In this document: piece by piece, positions 11,757 to 26,300 of the stretch
Position numbering within the stretch: position 1 is the first letter of the stretch
How the letters are laid out: every line of letters begins with the position of its first letter
Source of the DNA: Paraphysomonas bandaiensis
Lineage: Eukaryota > Protista > Chrysophyceae
Assembly: GCA_965644295.1 (NCBI GenBank)
Contig: CBFFRP010000196.1
Span: 52,774 to 116,773 of the forward strand
Length of the DNA: 64,000 nucleotides
Reading direction: 5' to 3'
Position numbers and translations under genes: made by a program
The notes under the pieces: model-generated
What the model was told of the DNA's origin: nothing
The model's database searches: none
What the model saw: only the letters and a program-made list of their open reading frames with translations

Positions 11757-14644
11757 GTATGTATGTGTATATGTATGTATGTAACACTGTAGAGATTAGA
11801 TATGAAATGATTGTATAGATAATGGCATTAAGGCTGTTAATGGGGTGTCTTAACTGTGTAGATATGAGCTCTTTATATAGAGTTTAACTATACATGTGAC
11901 TGGAATGGCTGCATGTCTCTATGTATGTATGTATAGTGTAGGCAGTTACAGGGGGGTGTTTATATACGAAGAACTCCACAGGCCATAAATACGCTTATTC
12001 TATAGAGACATACGATCCCTTCACTACCCGTCTAGAACACATACGGTCCAGTCACCCCTATATACCCTACCTCTGACCCCTATATACGTGTGTATGTACA
12101 GCAGTGTATGACACTCACCCTTAGAATGGTACACACATACGGTCCACCCTACCTCTGACCGCTATATACGGGTGTTATGACACAGATACCGTCCAGTCGC
12201 CCATGTGGGTACAGTTTAGCGGCTACATATACGGTCGAGCCCCCCACTTGTGACCCGCATGCACACATCCTTTATGTGCATATGTATATGTGCAGCAGGT
12301 ATGTACACTCACATAGAGAAAGATGGTGGACGATATTCAGATGTCCATAACACAACACACAGAACATCAATTGCAATACAAATTATAGTAGAAAATCAAA
12401 CACTCTTTCAACTTTATTTCATTATAATTGACCTACATCCCTCATGACCTCAATGTTTCATTATTTATATTTCAAGTGAGTGCCTTAAGCGAGTTTTGAC
12501 AGTTTTTTTGGAGCTCACAACCGTCAGACTTCCAACATTTTGACCTTAAAATCACTGTTTGGCTGAATATGTCTGCGCACAGGGCATTATTAATGGAGGA
12601 AATAATGCTATGTGACTAATTCAGAGGCACTGGACTCGAATCTGTCGTCAGATTCTTATATTACATTGAGTATCAATAGCTATTGCATGATGTATCACTC
12701 AACTCAGATTTGTACAATACCTGCGATATTGATACAACCTGACCAAATTGGACTGTATTGACAACATTCTAGTTGCTTATACAGTATACATTGTCAAACG
12801 GTAATCTACGATATCAATGTTTATGAATAGTGTCAACTTCTCGTGTCTCTAATTCAAATTTCACAGTTACGGGGATCCGACCTAATCAGTGCAATGACAA
12901 TGAGAAAAGATCAAGCTCAAGTGGTATACTTTACGTTCAGGATGTGATGAGAAATCTGATGCCACCTAGGCTTTAATTCAGCGATTTCTTTTCTCTATTT
13001 TCAATATTTCCACGACGTTGAGGAGGCTCATTTCGAACTTATCAGTGTCGGCTAAGTATAGCTAGCGATATTCGAAAACGAAACAACAATATAAAAGGCT
13101 TAAGAAGTTTGGGTTATCTAACTGCTGTGATAGTACGATTTGGTGTATCCAAGATGAGTATTAAAAGGCGTCACAGTCACTGGGCGAGTATATTTTTGAG
13201 TGTAATGATATATGTCATGATTATTTTTGATACTTTTTTTTATCAATAGTGGAACATAGTGGTTCTTAGCGAATTGGCTAGTAATTGAAGAGTGATATTA
13301 GGTGTTATGCAATATGAAATGACCTTAATTTCAAGCAACCACGACCTTAATTTTAAAACACCGGGATACAGTCAATGTGCCCAAGTAGCTGAGTTGGTAA
13401 TACCTAGCTAGTTGTATATTGGTTGCTAATTACTAGACAGAGTAATTATTTAATATATTCGAAAATTGGAATGAAAGGTTTTGGTAACGAAGCAATAAAT
13501 AGCACAATGTAAAGACAAAAACAAAGGGGGAAGTAATGGAGAGAAAATGAAACACATACATTATTATATAGTAGTCTAACTAAATACGGAGTTGTCTCGG
13601 TGTTTGTTGTAGTGTAGCGGACATTGGTTCTTCTGGTCTTGCCACATACCACACTTTTGTGATAGGATTGATCCATGGAGCTGCCTCTGCAGACGATTTC
13701 GGCATCTCCAGAAATACTGCCTTGAGAATTGGAAGTGGTTCCTCCAATCAAAGTCTGGCGTGATTTGAATTTTCGTCGTCTGCTCATCCAACGTGCAGCC
13801 TGCAGCTACCTTTCTCTCTACTTGCTTGATTACTCGTCCTTCTTGAGTTAAATGTAAACTTTTTCTGCTGCAGTCCTTGTCGTACGTTCAACCGTGTTAG
13901 AAAACAGGGTGCCCGTCATATCCGTAATAGAGAGCGTAGATACACACCACAAATGTTGCAGATGTTTTCTTGGGTTGCTGAGGTTGTTACTCCCTCAAGT
14001 AAAGAGGTCTAATATATTCCCATATCAGTACGAAATCGCATGAATTTATAAGGATTGATATACTCACTTTACGCTCTTCAATTTTGTACTTCCAATGCAC
14101 AGTGGGATGTTCCATCTGAGCACACTTTCATAAGGCCTCAATTACAACCCTCTCTCTGGCCGTGTATGGTATTGTGGGCCCTCCATTGTCAAGTACCTCA
14201 AAACCGTATTTATGGCCTGATTCAGGGGTATTCATGCTGATATGGTGCTACTAGATACATATTCAAAAACTTAACTAAACAATAGGCTGTTGTTCTGAGG
14301 ATTTAGCTGCATTTTTGTATAATTCTTAGATTCCAGATTAGAATGATTCAATATTCTCTAACTAATGCAAATTTGTATCAAATTTCAAATGGAAGACAGC
14401 ATGTAGTCAAGAACAATGATTTTAATATAAGTATATAGTTTCATGTGATATTAATACTTATGGAATGAGCTATGAGCAGATGAAACTCTGTTAAAGCAAG
14501 TGATTTGAATTCGAAAAGCGGCGATTGTGTTGCACCGGGTTGCTACCCGTGCGTTATTGATACGGCAGTCACACCTACCCGTGAGTATCCATGTGCCGAC
14601 ATACAGTACGACGTAGTACAGTACCAGTACAACAACTCTAGAAA

Positions 14645-14770
14645 CTGTACCCCACACCACACACCCCACACCCCAACACATACACCCTACATACACCACC
14701 CACCCCCAACACACCCACCACCCCCCCCCACACACACACCAACACACACCATCACCACCCACCCCTCCAT
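14645..14770. repeat. CA/C-rich low-complexity tract
   Basis: cacaccacacaccccacac... upstream of the RRM gene. Confidence 0.8.
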
Positions 14771-14994
14771 ATCTACACTATACATCCAGGAATCAAATCA
14801 ATTGATCTTATTGGATATTATTCCCCTTTATAGAATCCTGGGAATAATTTTTGTGACGATAGCATATACATTTTCCATCACCACAAACTTGAAGACTTGG
14901 CGATGTTTCCCATTCACTTGTATATATATATATATATATATAATCAAACTTATCCCTCTATTGACTTCATGGGATATGGATTATTAACAACGAA

Positions 14995-16236
14995 ATGGAT
15001 GATAATCAACATTGTAGTTTAATAGTAAATTATTTACCTGCTCATGTGGATGATATCTTATTAAGGGTAATACACATATCTCTTCCTATATATATATATA
15101 TAGTTAACGATAGATATGGTTATGTTATATAGGAATTATTCTGTGAATATGGTGAATTAATAAGTGCCAATGTTGCATATAATAAAACTACGGGAGAAAG
15201 TTTAACATATGGCTTTTTACGATATTCTAAAGCCGAATATGCTGCAGCTGCAATCTCAGGAAAAAATGGTTATCGTATTGGCAATAAACAGATTAAAGTC
15301 AGTATTGCAAAATCAAAATGTGGCGATATTCAATACAGAAAATTATTTGTACACAATTTACCATTAAGTTATAATGAAAAACAAGTGGAAGATTTATTCT
15401 CTCAGGTATCATACTTATATCAATTGACTGGGAGTTATCTCACTGTATACTCATTAGTTTGGAGATATTATCGAATGCAGATTACTTAAAGAGGCGGACA
15501 AAAAAACTTCTCGTGGTTCTGCGTTTGTAGAGTTTCGTGTAGCTAGCGATTGTGCGAGAGGTGCTGTCAATATATTTCATTGTGTGTATTAGCTTATGGT
15601 TGTTTCAATGCAGCTGTGAATGAAATGCACGAGACAACGCCCCCTAGTGCTGCGAGTAATATATATGTGTATTTTGCGCGCCATCCTGCAGGCACGGATG
15701 GTGGTGCCCCTCCGGATCGTCCCACTCCGGCCCACACCATTCCCATGTCGGCTTATCAATCTCCCTCTGCGCCCCTAGTGGTCGCGCCATCACTAGGTGG
15801 AACGTTAACACCGCCTCCCCTCAACCCAGTATATCTTCCGTCATCTCCCACCTACAGCCAGCAGACAATATCACATTCTCCCCGTTATCATTGCGATATG
15901 ATATCCCCCCCTCCTTACTCGAGTGGCTCTGCACCTTTCTGTTATCCAAACTACATACCAGGATCTGTCTCAATGGAAGAGTCATGGATACAAGTAGTTG
16001 GTATACCAGCAATGGCAAGGCTTTCTCAAGTGACTCAGTTATTTGAATCGTTTGGTCACATAACCTCCGTGAATCTTGATTATATGATTGAAGCGACACA
16101 AACCGTGTTCAGTGGCACTGGAACGGTATGTATTATCACTACAAAACAACAAATTTCGGAGCTGTTTCGAGTTACCCATAATCACTGCGTATTTCCTGGT
16201 TACCCTCCGGTCCAACTTTTTTTACTTCATCACTGA
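14995..16236 (+). CDS. ELAV/Sex-lethal-like RNA-binding protein (two RRMs, Pro/Ser linker, third degenerate RRM), about 4 exons
   Basis: SLIVNYLP..LR / ELFCEYGEL...SLTYGFLRY...NGYRIGNKQIKVSIAK...KLFVHNLP...LFSQ / FGDIIECRLL...SRGSAFVEF; GT-AG introns keep frame. Confidence 0.88.
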
Positions 16237-16899
16237 TTCATGAATTTTCATTGGCGAAGTTCTCGTTGCTCTCTCACTCGTCGCCCTGCATTTGTACCGT
16301 ACGTCATCTATGTCCTGATTTATTCGTTCAAGAAGCATTTTTACAAGCTCTGTACCCTACTATAAGTTTTTATACCGCACTAAATAGAATATATCATGTA
16401 CTGTTTTTTTCATATATAATAGGAGAATTTTTTGTAACCACATTGAATAGAGTAGTTATGTGAAACTAGGATGGCATCGGTGGCCTGTGTCCCTTAAAAG
16501 TCCATATCCTTCGGTCAATAAATGGGTCCTAGCAGCCTCATGCAATTCTCTAGGCTTCTCATTCATAAAAATAATGAATTACAATTTCGTCAAGCTACAA
16601 GGAGTTTCTCAAGCAATAGAAAACCATCATTTATTATTAGCAATTTAAAATTGTTACCAACGATTACCTGGCCTTCACTCATAAGAGTACTACTGTAATC
16701 GCTAATGGTTCTTTAATGGGTGCCCAGTTCCCCACAATTATAAGGACCATTAACAATACATGTCCCGGAGATTATAATGGCCGTGAATTATCTTTAACGG
16801 CCTACTAATGGTGGCGTCAATGTGTAGCAAAATAATATAGTTTAAAATAGATAGTAGTAGGTACCACCCTAATAGCTAATTAGGGTAAATAATAGAGTA

Positions 16900-17750
16900 C
16901 AAATCGTAATCACACATCATCACTCTTTTTGCTCTCCACTGGCACATCATGATTATCTTGCAAGGCTTCATAGAGAGTAGTAGCATCCCACAGCATGTAA
17001 TTGGCAAAGGAAAAGCAATATGGATTAATATTGTGTCGCTCAGGTATCATAATCAACTTTGCACCACTAAAGAGCCTCTCACAAACATTAGATTGTGCTT
17101 CAATATGAAGCAATCTGCGGTAGTTGGACTCTTATGTATTGAGTCGATCTCTCTTGCTGATAGCGCTGTCTATAACACACTGTACAAAGGAAGTTCCTTC
17201 ACTTTTTTCGTCATGATTGCTGTCGGATGCATTAACTTTAATTGATGAATCCAGTTGCGCATGCCTAACCGCCTATTTCTCCAATCATTTCTCTTTCGTT
17301 GTTTTAGCCACTGCCTTTTCAAAATTTCCACTGGCAACAGCCTGCATTCGGAGAAATGAAATAATGCAGTGCCCAAAATTATTATAGCAGCATATCAAAA
17401 ACTAGTGGTCTTGGTACAAATTATTTCCATCATTTTTCAAGGAAAGAGTAACACTCTGAGATTTACAGGTCGCGCCTAATATTTATTGAGCTCCCGAAAC
17501 TGTGCTGGAGTACATTTACCAAAATAAGTATGCAATTCGACGTACTTCATCAGCATATCGTATGTAGAAGACCCGAACATACTTATATGTTATATGTCGT
17601 ACATTGAGAGTGTCCATTGCAAACACCACGAAGTAGATACTTCAATTGGCAAATATGTTGTTGCACACGAAACTATTTTCTAACTCTTCGAGCTCTAAGT
17701 TTGCCGCTGATAATACACAAAGATCCCACATAGTAGCTGTAGAGGTGTCA
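16900..17750 (-). mobile_element. Degenerate hAT-like transposase remnant
   Basis: SNVCERLFSGAKLIMIPER matches the hAT C-terminal dimerisation motif (SxxxERxFS); frame is broken and the extent is approximate. Confidence 0.6.
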
Positions 17751-18367
17751 CAACATGTCTGGAGTTTATTCGGAGAATAAGGAGATACTATATCTTTTAA
17801 TGCTTAATTCTTTATACCATATATCGACTACCATAAATCGATGCCCAGTTCACCGCAATGGCCATTATCATGAATGGTTACCAGTTACCAGACCCAGATG
17901 TATTCCTAAGTATATAGTACAGAGTTCATTAGGTGGACAACATATATTAGTCGAACAATAGTCTACAAGCAAATTAGTAATAATTCATTTTATCAATTTC
18001 TACGTTGGACTAATTGGTATTCAAATTTTAACAACTAACAACATGCCAAGGATAGAATCATCTCTATCATATAGCTCCAACGACCACACATTCGTACGCC
18101 ACACAAGATGCCAAAAACAGAAGGCTCTGCTAAAACTGCGCTAAAAGGCCTAGAACACCACAGGCTTCCCAAGGCTAACTGAATACTGCTATTTCAAAAA
18201 ATGAGTATCATATGCCTAGTACTACCACGATAAAAAATGTACAACGTTTTACTTCATGTTCTCACTTCACACTTGAAGAGTTAGGTGGTGCAATTACAAT
18301 CAACATGTTACACACAGAAGCAGTACGAAGTGATATAAGCAGAATACAAACTTTTCATTCTATGTAT

Positions 18368-19234
18368 CTAAAATCGAGGACTATAAAAATCTGAAGAAGT
18401 TGACGTAGCAAATTGACGTCCACGTGAAAAACTACTTCTATCTCGGCGCGAATCACGTTGGAATGCCTGTTCTAGTGATCTGATAATGTCACCAACTACT
18501 GGTAGGGTCTTCAGCATCGCAAGCACAAGAGGTAACACATTTCTACCCACATACATGACAAAACAGCAACAAAAGAATAGAAAAATCATACCCGAATAAG
18601 TTTAAAAGTCCTAGTACTTCGAATATTATTCCCAACTTAGATCTACCCGTTAGCACCATGAAGAGTCCTGAGTATACACTAAGACCCAATCATACATTCA
18701 TACAGTAGATTAATACCTAACATAAATATAGCAGTAGATTGTAGCCGCTTTGGTTGGAAAAAGAATTGACCCACACGTTGTGGTCCAATCACCATTGATA
18801 TACCTGCAATGAATAATATCTACAAATACGGTTAGTAACGCCTACATATATATATGTATAATAAGATTACATTGCCAAGCCGAAGAAGATTCTTTTCGAA
18901 GAATAAAATCATTCCAAGAATAGTTAAAAGTATTCCAATACTGACTAATGTCAGACCAATTTCTATAGTTACATATATATGAGTGTCTCTAGTGGTATGT
19001 ATTTACGTTAACTTACGCTTCTGATTTTGAAACAGTTGACGTCTTTTACTAAACTTATTTTTTGATGATATAAATTCATTTGAAAACTATAGATGTATAT
19101 GATATCGTATATATATGATGGATCTGCTATTTACTTACTGGTGATAGAGTGTCGTCTAGATAGGGACTGGAGGATAGTTTGCCTGCAATACTAGTGGTTT
19201 TAAAGGGTGTTTTGAATGAATGAGGGCCAAGCAT
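18368..19234 (-). CDS. GOT1: Got1/Sft2-family vesicle transport membrane protein, multi-exon
   Basis: QIGLTLVSIGILLTILGMILFFEKNLLRLGN / IFLIAGISMVIGPQRVGQFFFQPKRLQST / GIIFEVLGLLNLFG / NVLPLVLAMLKTLPVVG; start codon tentative. Confidence 0.88.
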
Positions 19235-19776
19235 GGTATTTCTTGGATGGGATTATGAAGAGATTGTATAAAAATAAGTAAATTTTATTGTTTGAATGAA
19301 AGAATGGAGTGTGTATGTGTGTGTTAATGTAAGATGTGTGTATATGTGATTGTGCTGATAGTTTATATACATGTATATGTATGTCTATATGCTGATAGTT
19401 TTTCATTGGTCTGTAAAAAGCACAAGAAATAAGTTTATTTTCGAACAAAAATCATGCTTATTCACATTTTAATTATAAAAACGGGGGTTTTCAATATGGT
19501 AGGTATGCTATCTACATCCCTCTATCTCATATATATACACGTATTGGCAGTCAGCATCATAATTTTCGGAAATATAATGAAGCAAAAATACGCTATATTA
19601 CTGAAGTACAACTACGGCTGGAATACAGATAATTGTTGACTCAATATTAGAGGCATCTTTGAACAAAAATATACGTATATATACACCAGTGCAGTCCACT
19701 TGTGTACATTTCATGCATCTCTTAACTCCCACATTCAAACTTACTACCATACCATACACATACCAACTCACTCCAA

Positions 19777-21488
19777 ATGAAATCTTTATCCCTCTTGACC
19801 TCATTCATCTACATCCTCATATTCATATCTATCAATCTACATACATATACATTCGCTAAATTCACTACTAACTACATTACAAACTGGAATATAACAAATA
19901 CAAACATATCTATACATGATTATGATTATTATTCAATAAGAATTATATCTAAATATTTTTTAAAATTAAATATTGAGAATGATATTCAATTTTTATATTA
20001 TCATATAAATAACCATCCAATGGATTCAAAATTATATTGTTTATTAGGTTTAATTGATTATTTACATGGAAATCTAGTTGATTCTATTCAAAAAGTTGAT
20101 AAATGTTGTCAATTAAGTGATTATATGAATACTGTATATACAAGGTTTTATATACAACTTCTTGCTTCAGAGAATAGTATATATAATCAAGATCGTGTAA
20201 TGGAAGTATGTAATCGTGCTGTAAGTGCCACTCCGAATGATAAGTTTCTATGGAATACATGTATTGATGCTGCTGTATCATCTGGACAACCTCTTCATGA
20301 AGTGTTCAGTATTATTCATAGAAGTATACTGAACATTGATAGCAATTATTATGCATGGTCATGTTTGGTTGATGTGGTGTTGACGTCAATATTTAAGGAG
20401 AAAGATATGAGTTCATTTGAAGATAAAATAGATGGTCTAGTTGCACATGGATTGAGACTGTTTCCACGTTGTCCTGCTTTGCTCTTCACTCAAGCAGTGC
20501 GCTATCACATTCAAGGAAAGCAGCTGCAAGCAGTGGAGTATTATCTCGCGTCGGAACAGATGAGTTCGTTTATAGATGGGGAAAATTACCACGTCTTTAC
20601 TGAACAGCTATTTCATGAGGGCATACTGTATCGCAACTTGGAAGTTGCCGAGTCATATCTGCAGCACGCAAATCTTTCTGTTGAGGATAAGGGAAAGTAC
20701 ACGACACTGATGGATGTATACAAGTCGCCAGCGCCGCAGGGCACGGAGGCTCCCCCTGAGGCTAGGAGTTATTTATTACCACATATTGCCGGAATGCTGG
20801 ACAATGCGAAGCCTATACGCATCAATGTCGGGGCATCGAGCGTTCTTAATTGTGCGCGTGACGGCTGGATAACAGTGGATGTAATCCGCAGTCCCTGTGT
20901 GCATGTGCAAACAATGGCTGACGACCTTTCGCAGTTCGCTACGGGGAGCGTGAGTGAGATATACTCTTCGCACACTTTAGAGCATTTGACGATGGCTAGC
21001 CCAATCGAGGACTTCTCTATGACAAGTGCCATTTTAGACAGTGGTGTTATTGTTGAAGAGCATAGTGAGAGCACCACCGTGTGTGCACAGGGGGGTGAGG
21101 TGTGTAGGGCCCTAATGGAATGGCGACGAGTACTAGCGAGCGATGAAGGAAAGTTATATATTTCTGTGCCAGATATGGAGGCGTTAGCAAGTGTATTAAT
21201 TGACCCGTCAACCAGCAGTACTGATAAAAAAACTGTAATGGCGATGATGTTTGGGGGACAAAAGAATAGGTTGGTGGATTGACATTTTCAATATGTGCTC
21301 ATTATGCATGTAGATATGACTATCATAAGGTCGGATTCTACTTCGACTTTATGGTGGAACTTTTGAGTGCAACAGGATTTTGTGATATTCGGCGCGTTCC
21401 TCCTTTCAATTTTTATATGGACCCCAGTGGATTGAAAATCAATGATAGATTAATATCATTGAATGTGGAGGCTCGAGCTTGTATATAA
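19777..21488 (+). CDS. Signal-anchored TPR-like helical protein with C-terminal class I SAM-methyltransferase-like domain
   Basis: Hydrophobic N-terminus; RINVGAS..DGWITVD, EIYSSHTLEHL, EWRRVL..GKLYISVPD, GGQ..(intron ~21270-21312)..YDYHKVGF..L..GF. Confidence 0.8.
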
Positions 21489-22764
21489 TGTGAAGTCAAT
21501 GTAGATTTACAGCTGTATGTAAAGTAGTGTCTATATTATATTCGAAAATGCTGATAGTGCTTATTACTTGTAGTAGAACTCGTTTATCATACCGCTGGTT
21601 TGTTACGCTTCCTGCATATACAAATTTTGTTATGGCAAGTAGAACAGCAACGCGCTGAAATCTGCTAGAAATTGACGTAAATGAACTGTACTGCACATGA
21701 AATAAAAAGTCACGACATTGTATAGTGCTTAAACATTTTCACAATAGCGGTAATTATGGAAGCCAAATAGGAAGCAGGAGGATACTGTAGGCTTGTTGGT
21801 TCTTTAGCGATAAAAAGTTCTAGAACCGCTACTACCCATCGACTTTCAATGCTGCATACAAAATAGTGTACGCCATTTATCTTTAACCAATGAATACTAT
21901 ATTCAAAATGTTGAATGTGGAGTGACTTTGGAAATAACTACTTTGAAGTAATACGATAATGCGTTTCAATATATATAATAAGGTATGCTAATTATATGTT
22001 GATTTCTGCTATATGAGAGCGATTGAAAGCTTTAGTTATAAGATATTTAAATTACAGCAGTATACAGTTGTACTCTTATTAATCGTACTGTGAGAATGAA
22101 TGACGATAAGTATATTGTAGTAAAACGGAATGTAGTGACGATTCAAGTTACAGTGACGAAGTGAGATCGTACGAGAAATGAGTAGTAGTAAAGACATCAT
22201 GAAATTGGTGAAAGATAAGAGATATTGATTATAATTTATAATTCTCAGCATTGAGTATAAGTTTACCTTATGTTGTTAAGTTAATACTTCTCATAAAATG
22301 TCAAACTTTGATAAAACAGACAAAACAAGCATGTAGAAGTGAATCTGTTACCAGATACATCTATCACAAAACGTTTTCATTAAGTGTTACAAGTCTCCGC
22401 TCGGTATACGAAGCATACATTTGTATTAATAGTAATAAAATACACACTTGTGTAGTTCTTTGTAATATATATCATACAAATAAAATTCAAGTTTAAAATA
22501 AGGGAGTTTTGACATGCTGCGTTTATTATATATAGTACGTATCTAATTCATCATCAACGTAACGCAATTGCTATATCTTCAACGCACACATATACTCTAA
22601 ATTGATATTAAATATAATACCTTGGTTTGTGATATCTATAAATCTCAGATAGGAAATGGTAGGAATTGCTATTTCAAACCTGTTAGAATATATGTTGTTA
22701 TGATTTTGTTTAAAGAGGTGATACAGTCTGGAAAATGATCACAAGTCAGCAGAATCTTTGCAGT

Positions 22765-22880
22765 GGTGAATGTCTTCTTATTAGCAATAGATGTTTAAGA
22801 GTCAGTGTTTAACTATTTAGCGCTACAACAGCTGCTTGTGCGTTACCGCAAGCACCAATGTGCAACCCCTTTCGCTCTAT
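22765..22880 (+). repeat. Family A LTR-like fragment
   Basis: tgaatgtcttcttattagcaatag...gctgcttgtgcgttaccgcaagcacc. Confidence 0.7.
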
Positions 22881-23330
22881 CACACAAATAGTTTGATGAG
22901 TAAGTTTAGGAGTTTCCTTAATTTGTAAAACACTCAACCTTTAGCACAGAATTTGCTATCAGTATAATAGCACTAATATGTACTAGATTGTACGAACCTT
23001 GAGAAATAATTAAGGTAGTAATTACTAATCCTTCTTGGATATGTTGTTACGTATATCTCAAAAAAAAAGTCAATTCGGCTGACAACGTACAGCACCAGTG
23101 ATATGTTAGATTCCCAACAGTATAGTTTTTTATTTATTGAACCTACAGTGAATATCAAAATTTGACATAATAATAGGATGGTAAAGGTTTGATAAAACGA
23201 ATGTAAAGCACACTCAACGCTTTACCTATAAAAAATAATCAATCTCACTTATCATTCTTCATAGTCATTTGCCAAATTAATGTTATCTCAACTACCAATC
23301 ATTTCCATAAGATCTTATATAGACACGATC

Positions 23331-26300
23331 TTATTGAAAGTCTTTGAACTTCTTAATTTTTCCAAGATGGTCGCGCTTTACTTTAAAGACCAATTTAGAT
23401 TTTATGATTTTTCGGTGTTTCGGCCTTCGGACAATCTTCCAGCATGTCCTTCGTTCAAGCTTGTGCACCTCCTTCCTGGTAGCTTCAATCCAGTATGTTC
23501 TCTGTGGAGTCTTCTTTGCTTCTGCCAGCGTCTGTGGCTCTTTAATTGTGCTGTTGGAGGAATCAAGAAACAATGAGACATCGCCGAGGACACCAACGTT
23601 AACAATGTGCCGTTTTTTTCGAGGTCGTTTTTCAGTTCTGGGATTTCGATCTGCCCCACCTGTTGAAGATGCGCCCCGATTTGAGCGGTCAGGAGTCCTC
23701 TGTTCATTGTCACTGTCATTACAAGTCTGATCCAACTCATTTCGCAAACTATTAAACTTGTCGGTCTGACACTTTGTAGAGTGAGTCATCTTTACTACAT
23801 CTTTGATATGAATTGGAGTTTGCTCCTCGGTAGTATTTCCTTTCATATCTAATCTCCTATATGCAACAATGACTCCTCTTCTCTCTATCACTCTGGTGGT
23901 AACATAACACAGGTGTCCATCAAGATGTCTGAGGCCCACCAGGTACTGATAGTCATTTACACTCTCTGCTGTTTCTGAGGTGTCGATTTGTAGATTATCT
24001 ATTTCGTCGAAATACTCCTGTGAACGCTCTGGAATTGACTCATCAAACTGTGCATTGACTGCAACAATAATAGCATTCAGGTCTGGAATATATATTTGGT
24101 GTCCAACAGGTTGTTGACATTGTCCCATATAGTATCCAGGTTTTCCCTTTTCTTTCCACTCTTTGCGGCGCTGCTCCTTCGGCACAATAGCCCATGCCTT
24201 GCAGCCCCAGATCTTCAAGTCACTCACATCTGGTGCGGTTCCAGTAATATACTCAAAAGGTGAGATGTATCCTTTCGTTGTCTTCGTAGGTAACCTGTTG
24301 ATCAGATATACAGCATGCAAGACTGCTTTGAACCAAAATACTGATGGCATGCCACTATCGAGCAATATAGCAAGGGCCATCTCCTTCACTGTACGATTAG
24401 TGCGTTCCGATAGCGAATTCATTTCGGGTGTGTCACGTGGAGTCCAAGTAACCTGTACAGTCCTTGTGCTGGTGGTTTCACGTAAGTACTGCCTGACATG
24501 TTGCCCTACTAGTTCTCCTGCGCCATCTGCATGATATCGTCGTAGTTGCAATCCTTCTTTGACAAGTTGGGTCTCTACCATGTCCTTCATACACTTTAAC
24601 ACTTCACTCCCAGTCTTGTTTTTCAACCCATAAGCCCATACATGTTTTGCATCACTGTGCTTGAATAGTAACACATGTTTGTAGCCTTCCATCGATGGCG
24701 TGTTTAGGACTTCCATCGTATCTGCACTGAGCACCCCTCTCTCCTTTGGGTTGTTGTCTAAGTTCATCAACTGGCGTGGAGTCCTGAAGTTCTTTCTCGT
24801 GAGTTTCGATCGCATGCAGGTATTACATTTGCATATCGTTTTTTTGTGTTTTTTTCTGAAATATTTCTTGTCCAGATTTATTCCATCAACTAGGCCTCGG
24901 CGGTCGGACTCAGTCAGTTTATCATAGTTGACATGGCCAAGTCTTTTGTGCCATAGAATTCGCTGGTCATCAAACCCCTGCTCCTCAAGTGCTGCTGAGG
25001 ATTCTTCTCCAAGCTGAAGTAAGTCTTCGAGTCGAACTGGATATAATCCATTAACACTTCTCTGTCTAATGAGTGTCTTGTTCGTAGTCTTATTTCGAAT
25101 GACGACTTCATCATTATCGAACGTCACAACACAACCCCTATCTGTGATGCTCTTCATATCTACGAGGTTCTTACTTGCTTCAGGTGCGTAGTACACCTTT
25201 TTAAAGCTTCCTACATCGCCAACACTGTGTATTGACAGTTTACCTTTGTTCGCTGTGGACATCTGCCTATCAGCGCGCTGAAGGTTGGTCATGTGGTTTT
25301 TGGAGGTAAGGATCATCTTGTTGCACCCGCTGTCTAAATAAATAACATCTGACATGCTCTGTGCTAGATTCACCTCTTCTTCCACACATATCATCGATTC
25401 GTATCCCGCTTCATCTTCTGAATCATGTACAGACACTCGCGGTTTCTTCTTGTTCTTGTAGGGTGCCGTTTCCCTTCTAGAGTCTCGCCCCCGTTTAGAA
25501 CTGACCACTGCAGCTTTAGCAGTCTTCAAGTGGAAGCAGTCTTTAGTCTGATGGCCTGGGATGTCACATATCTCACACACAGGTAGCTTTGTTTTGTTAT
25601 CACCCCTGTTTCTGTGATCTCTATCTTTTCTCTGTGATCTTGTCCCCTTCATCCTCTTTATGACATGCTCTGGAGTCTTGCACTCCCTAGCAAAGTGGCC
25701 AAGTTTCTTGCACTTATTGCATCTGCCCTTTCTCTTGTGCTCTTTCCATTTACTGTCATCCACTGCTTGATTGACACTGTCTTCCCCTGAATTTTGCAAC
25801 GCATGCTTGCCGAATGATGTGTTTTCATACCCTTTGATTAGGCTGCTTGCTCTTGCGTATGTCACATCGTTTGCTGTATACAGGCTGTGTGCTAGTTGGG
25901 AATATCTCTTGTCTGTGAGACCTTCCTTTAGTCGAGTGAGCTTGTCGTCTTCCGTGACTTCACGACCTAGATTCTCGAGAATCTTGGCCTGGGCTTCAAC
26001 GCTGTCGACGAACTCTGCTCCTGACTGACTTGAGGTAATCTTCATTGAATTGAACTTTGTGACCTCTGCCTGTACTGTATTCTTTTCAACATTGAGAAAT
26101 CTCTCTTCCAGTGCCTGTAGTAACCCTTTTGCTGTACTTCCTTCGTAGAGAGCCGCTGTTGTGCCTGCTTTTGGGTGAGCATTGCACACTTCCATCAGGA
26201 AGGAGTACGCGGTCTCGTTCCGGGTGTTCCAGAGTTTCTTCGCTTTGCGTAGTCGCTTCTTCTGTGCATCAGTCATATGAGCTCCCGCTGGGACTGTAGA

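Noticed and set aside
13446-14240. Broken minus-strand ORFs
   Set aside because: Contain stops and no recognisable motif; possibly TE or pseudogene debris but unassignable by eye.
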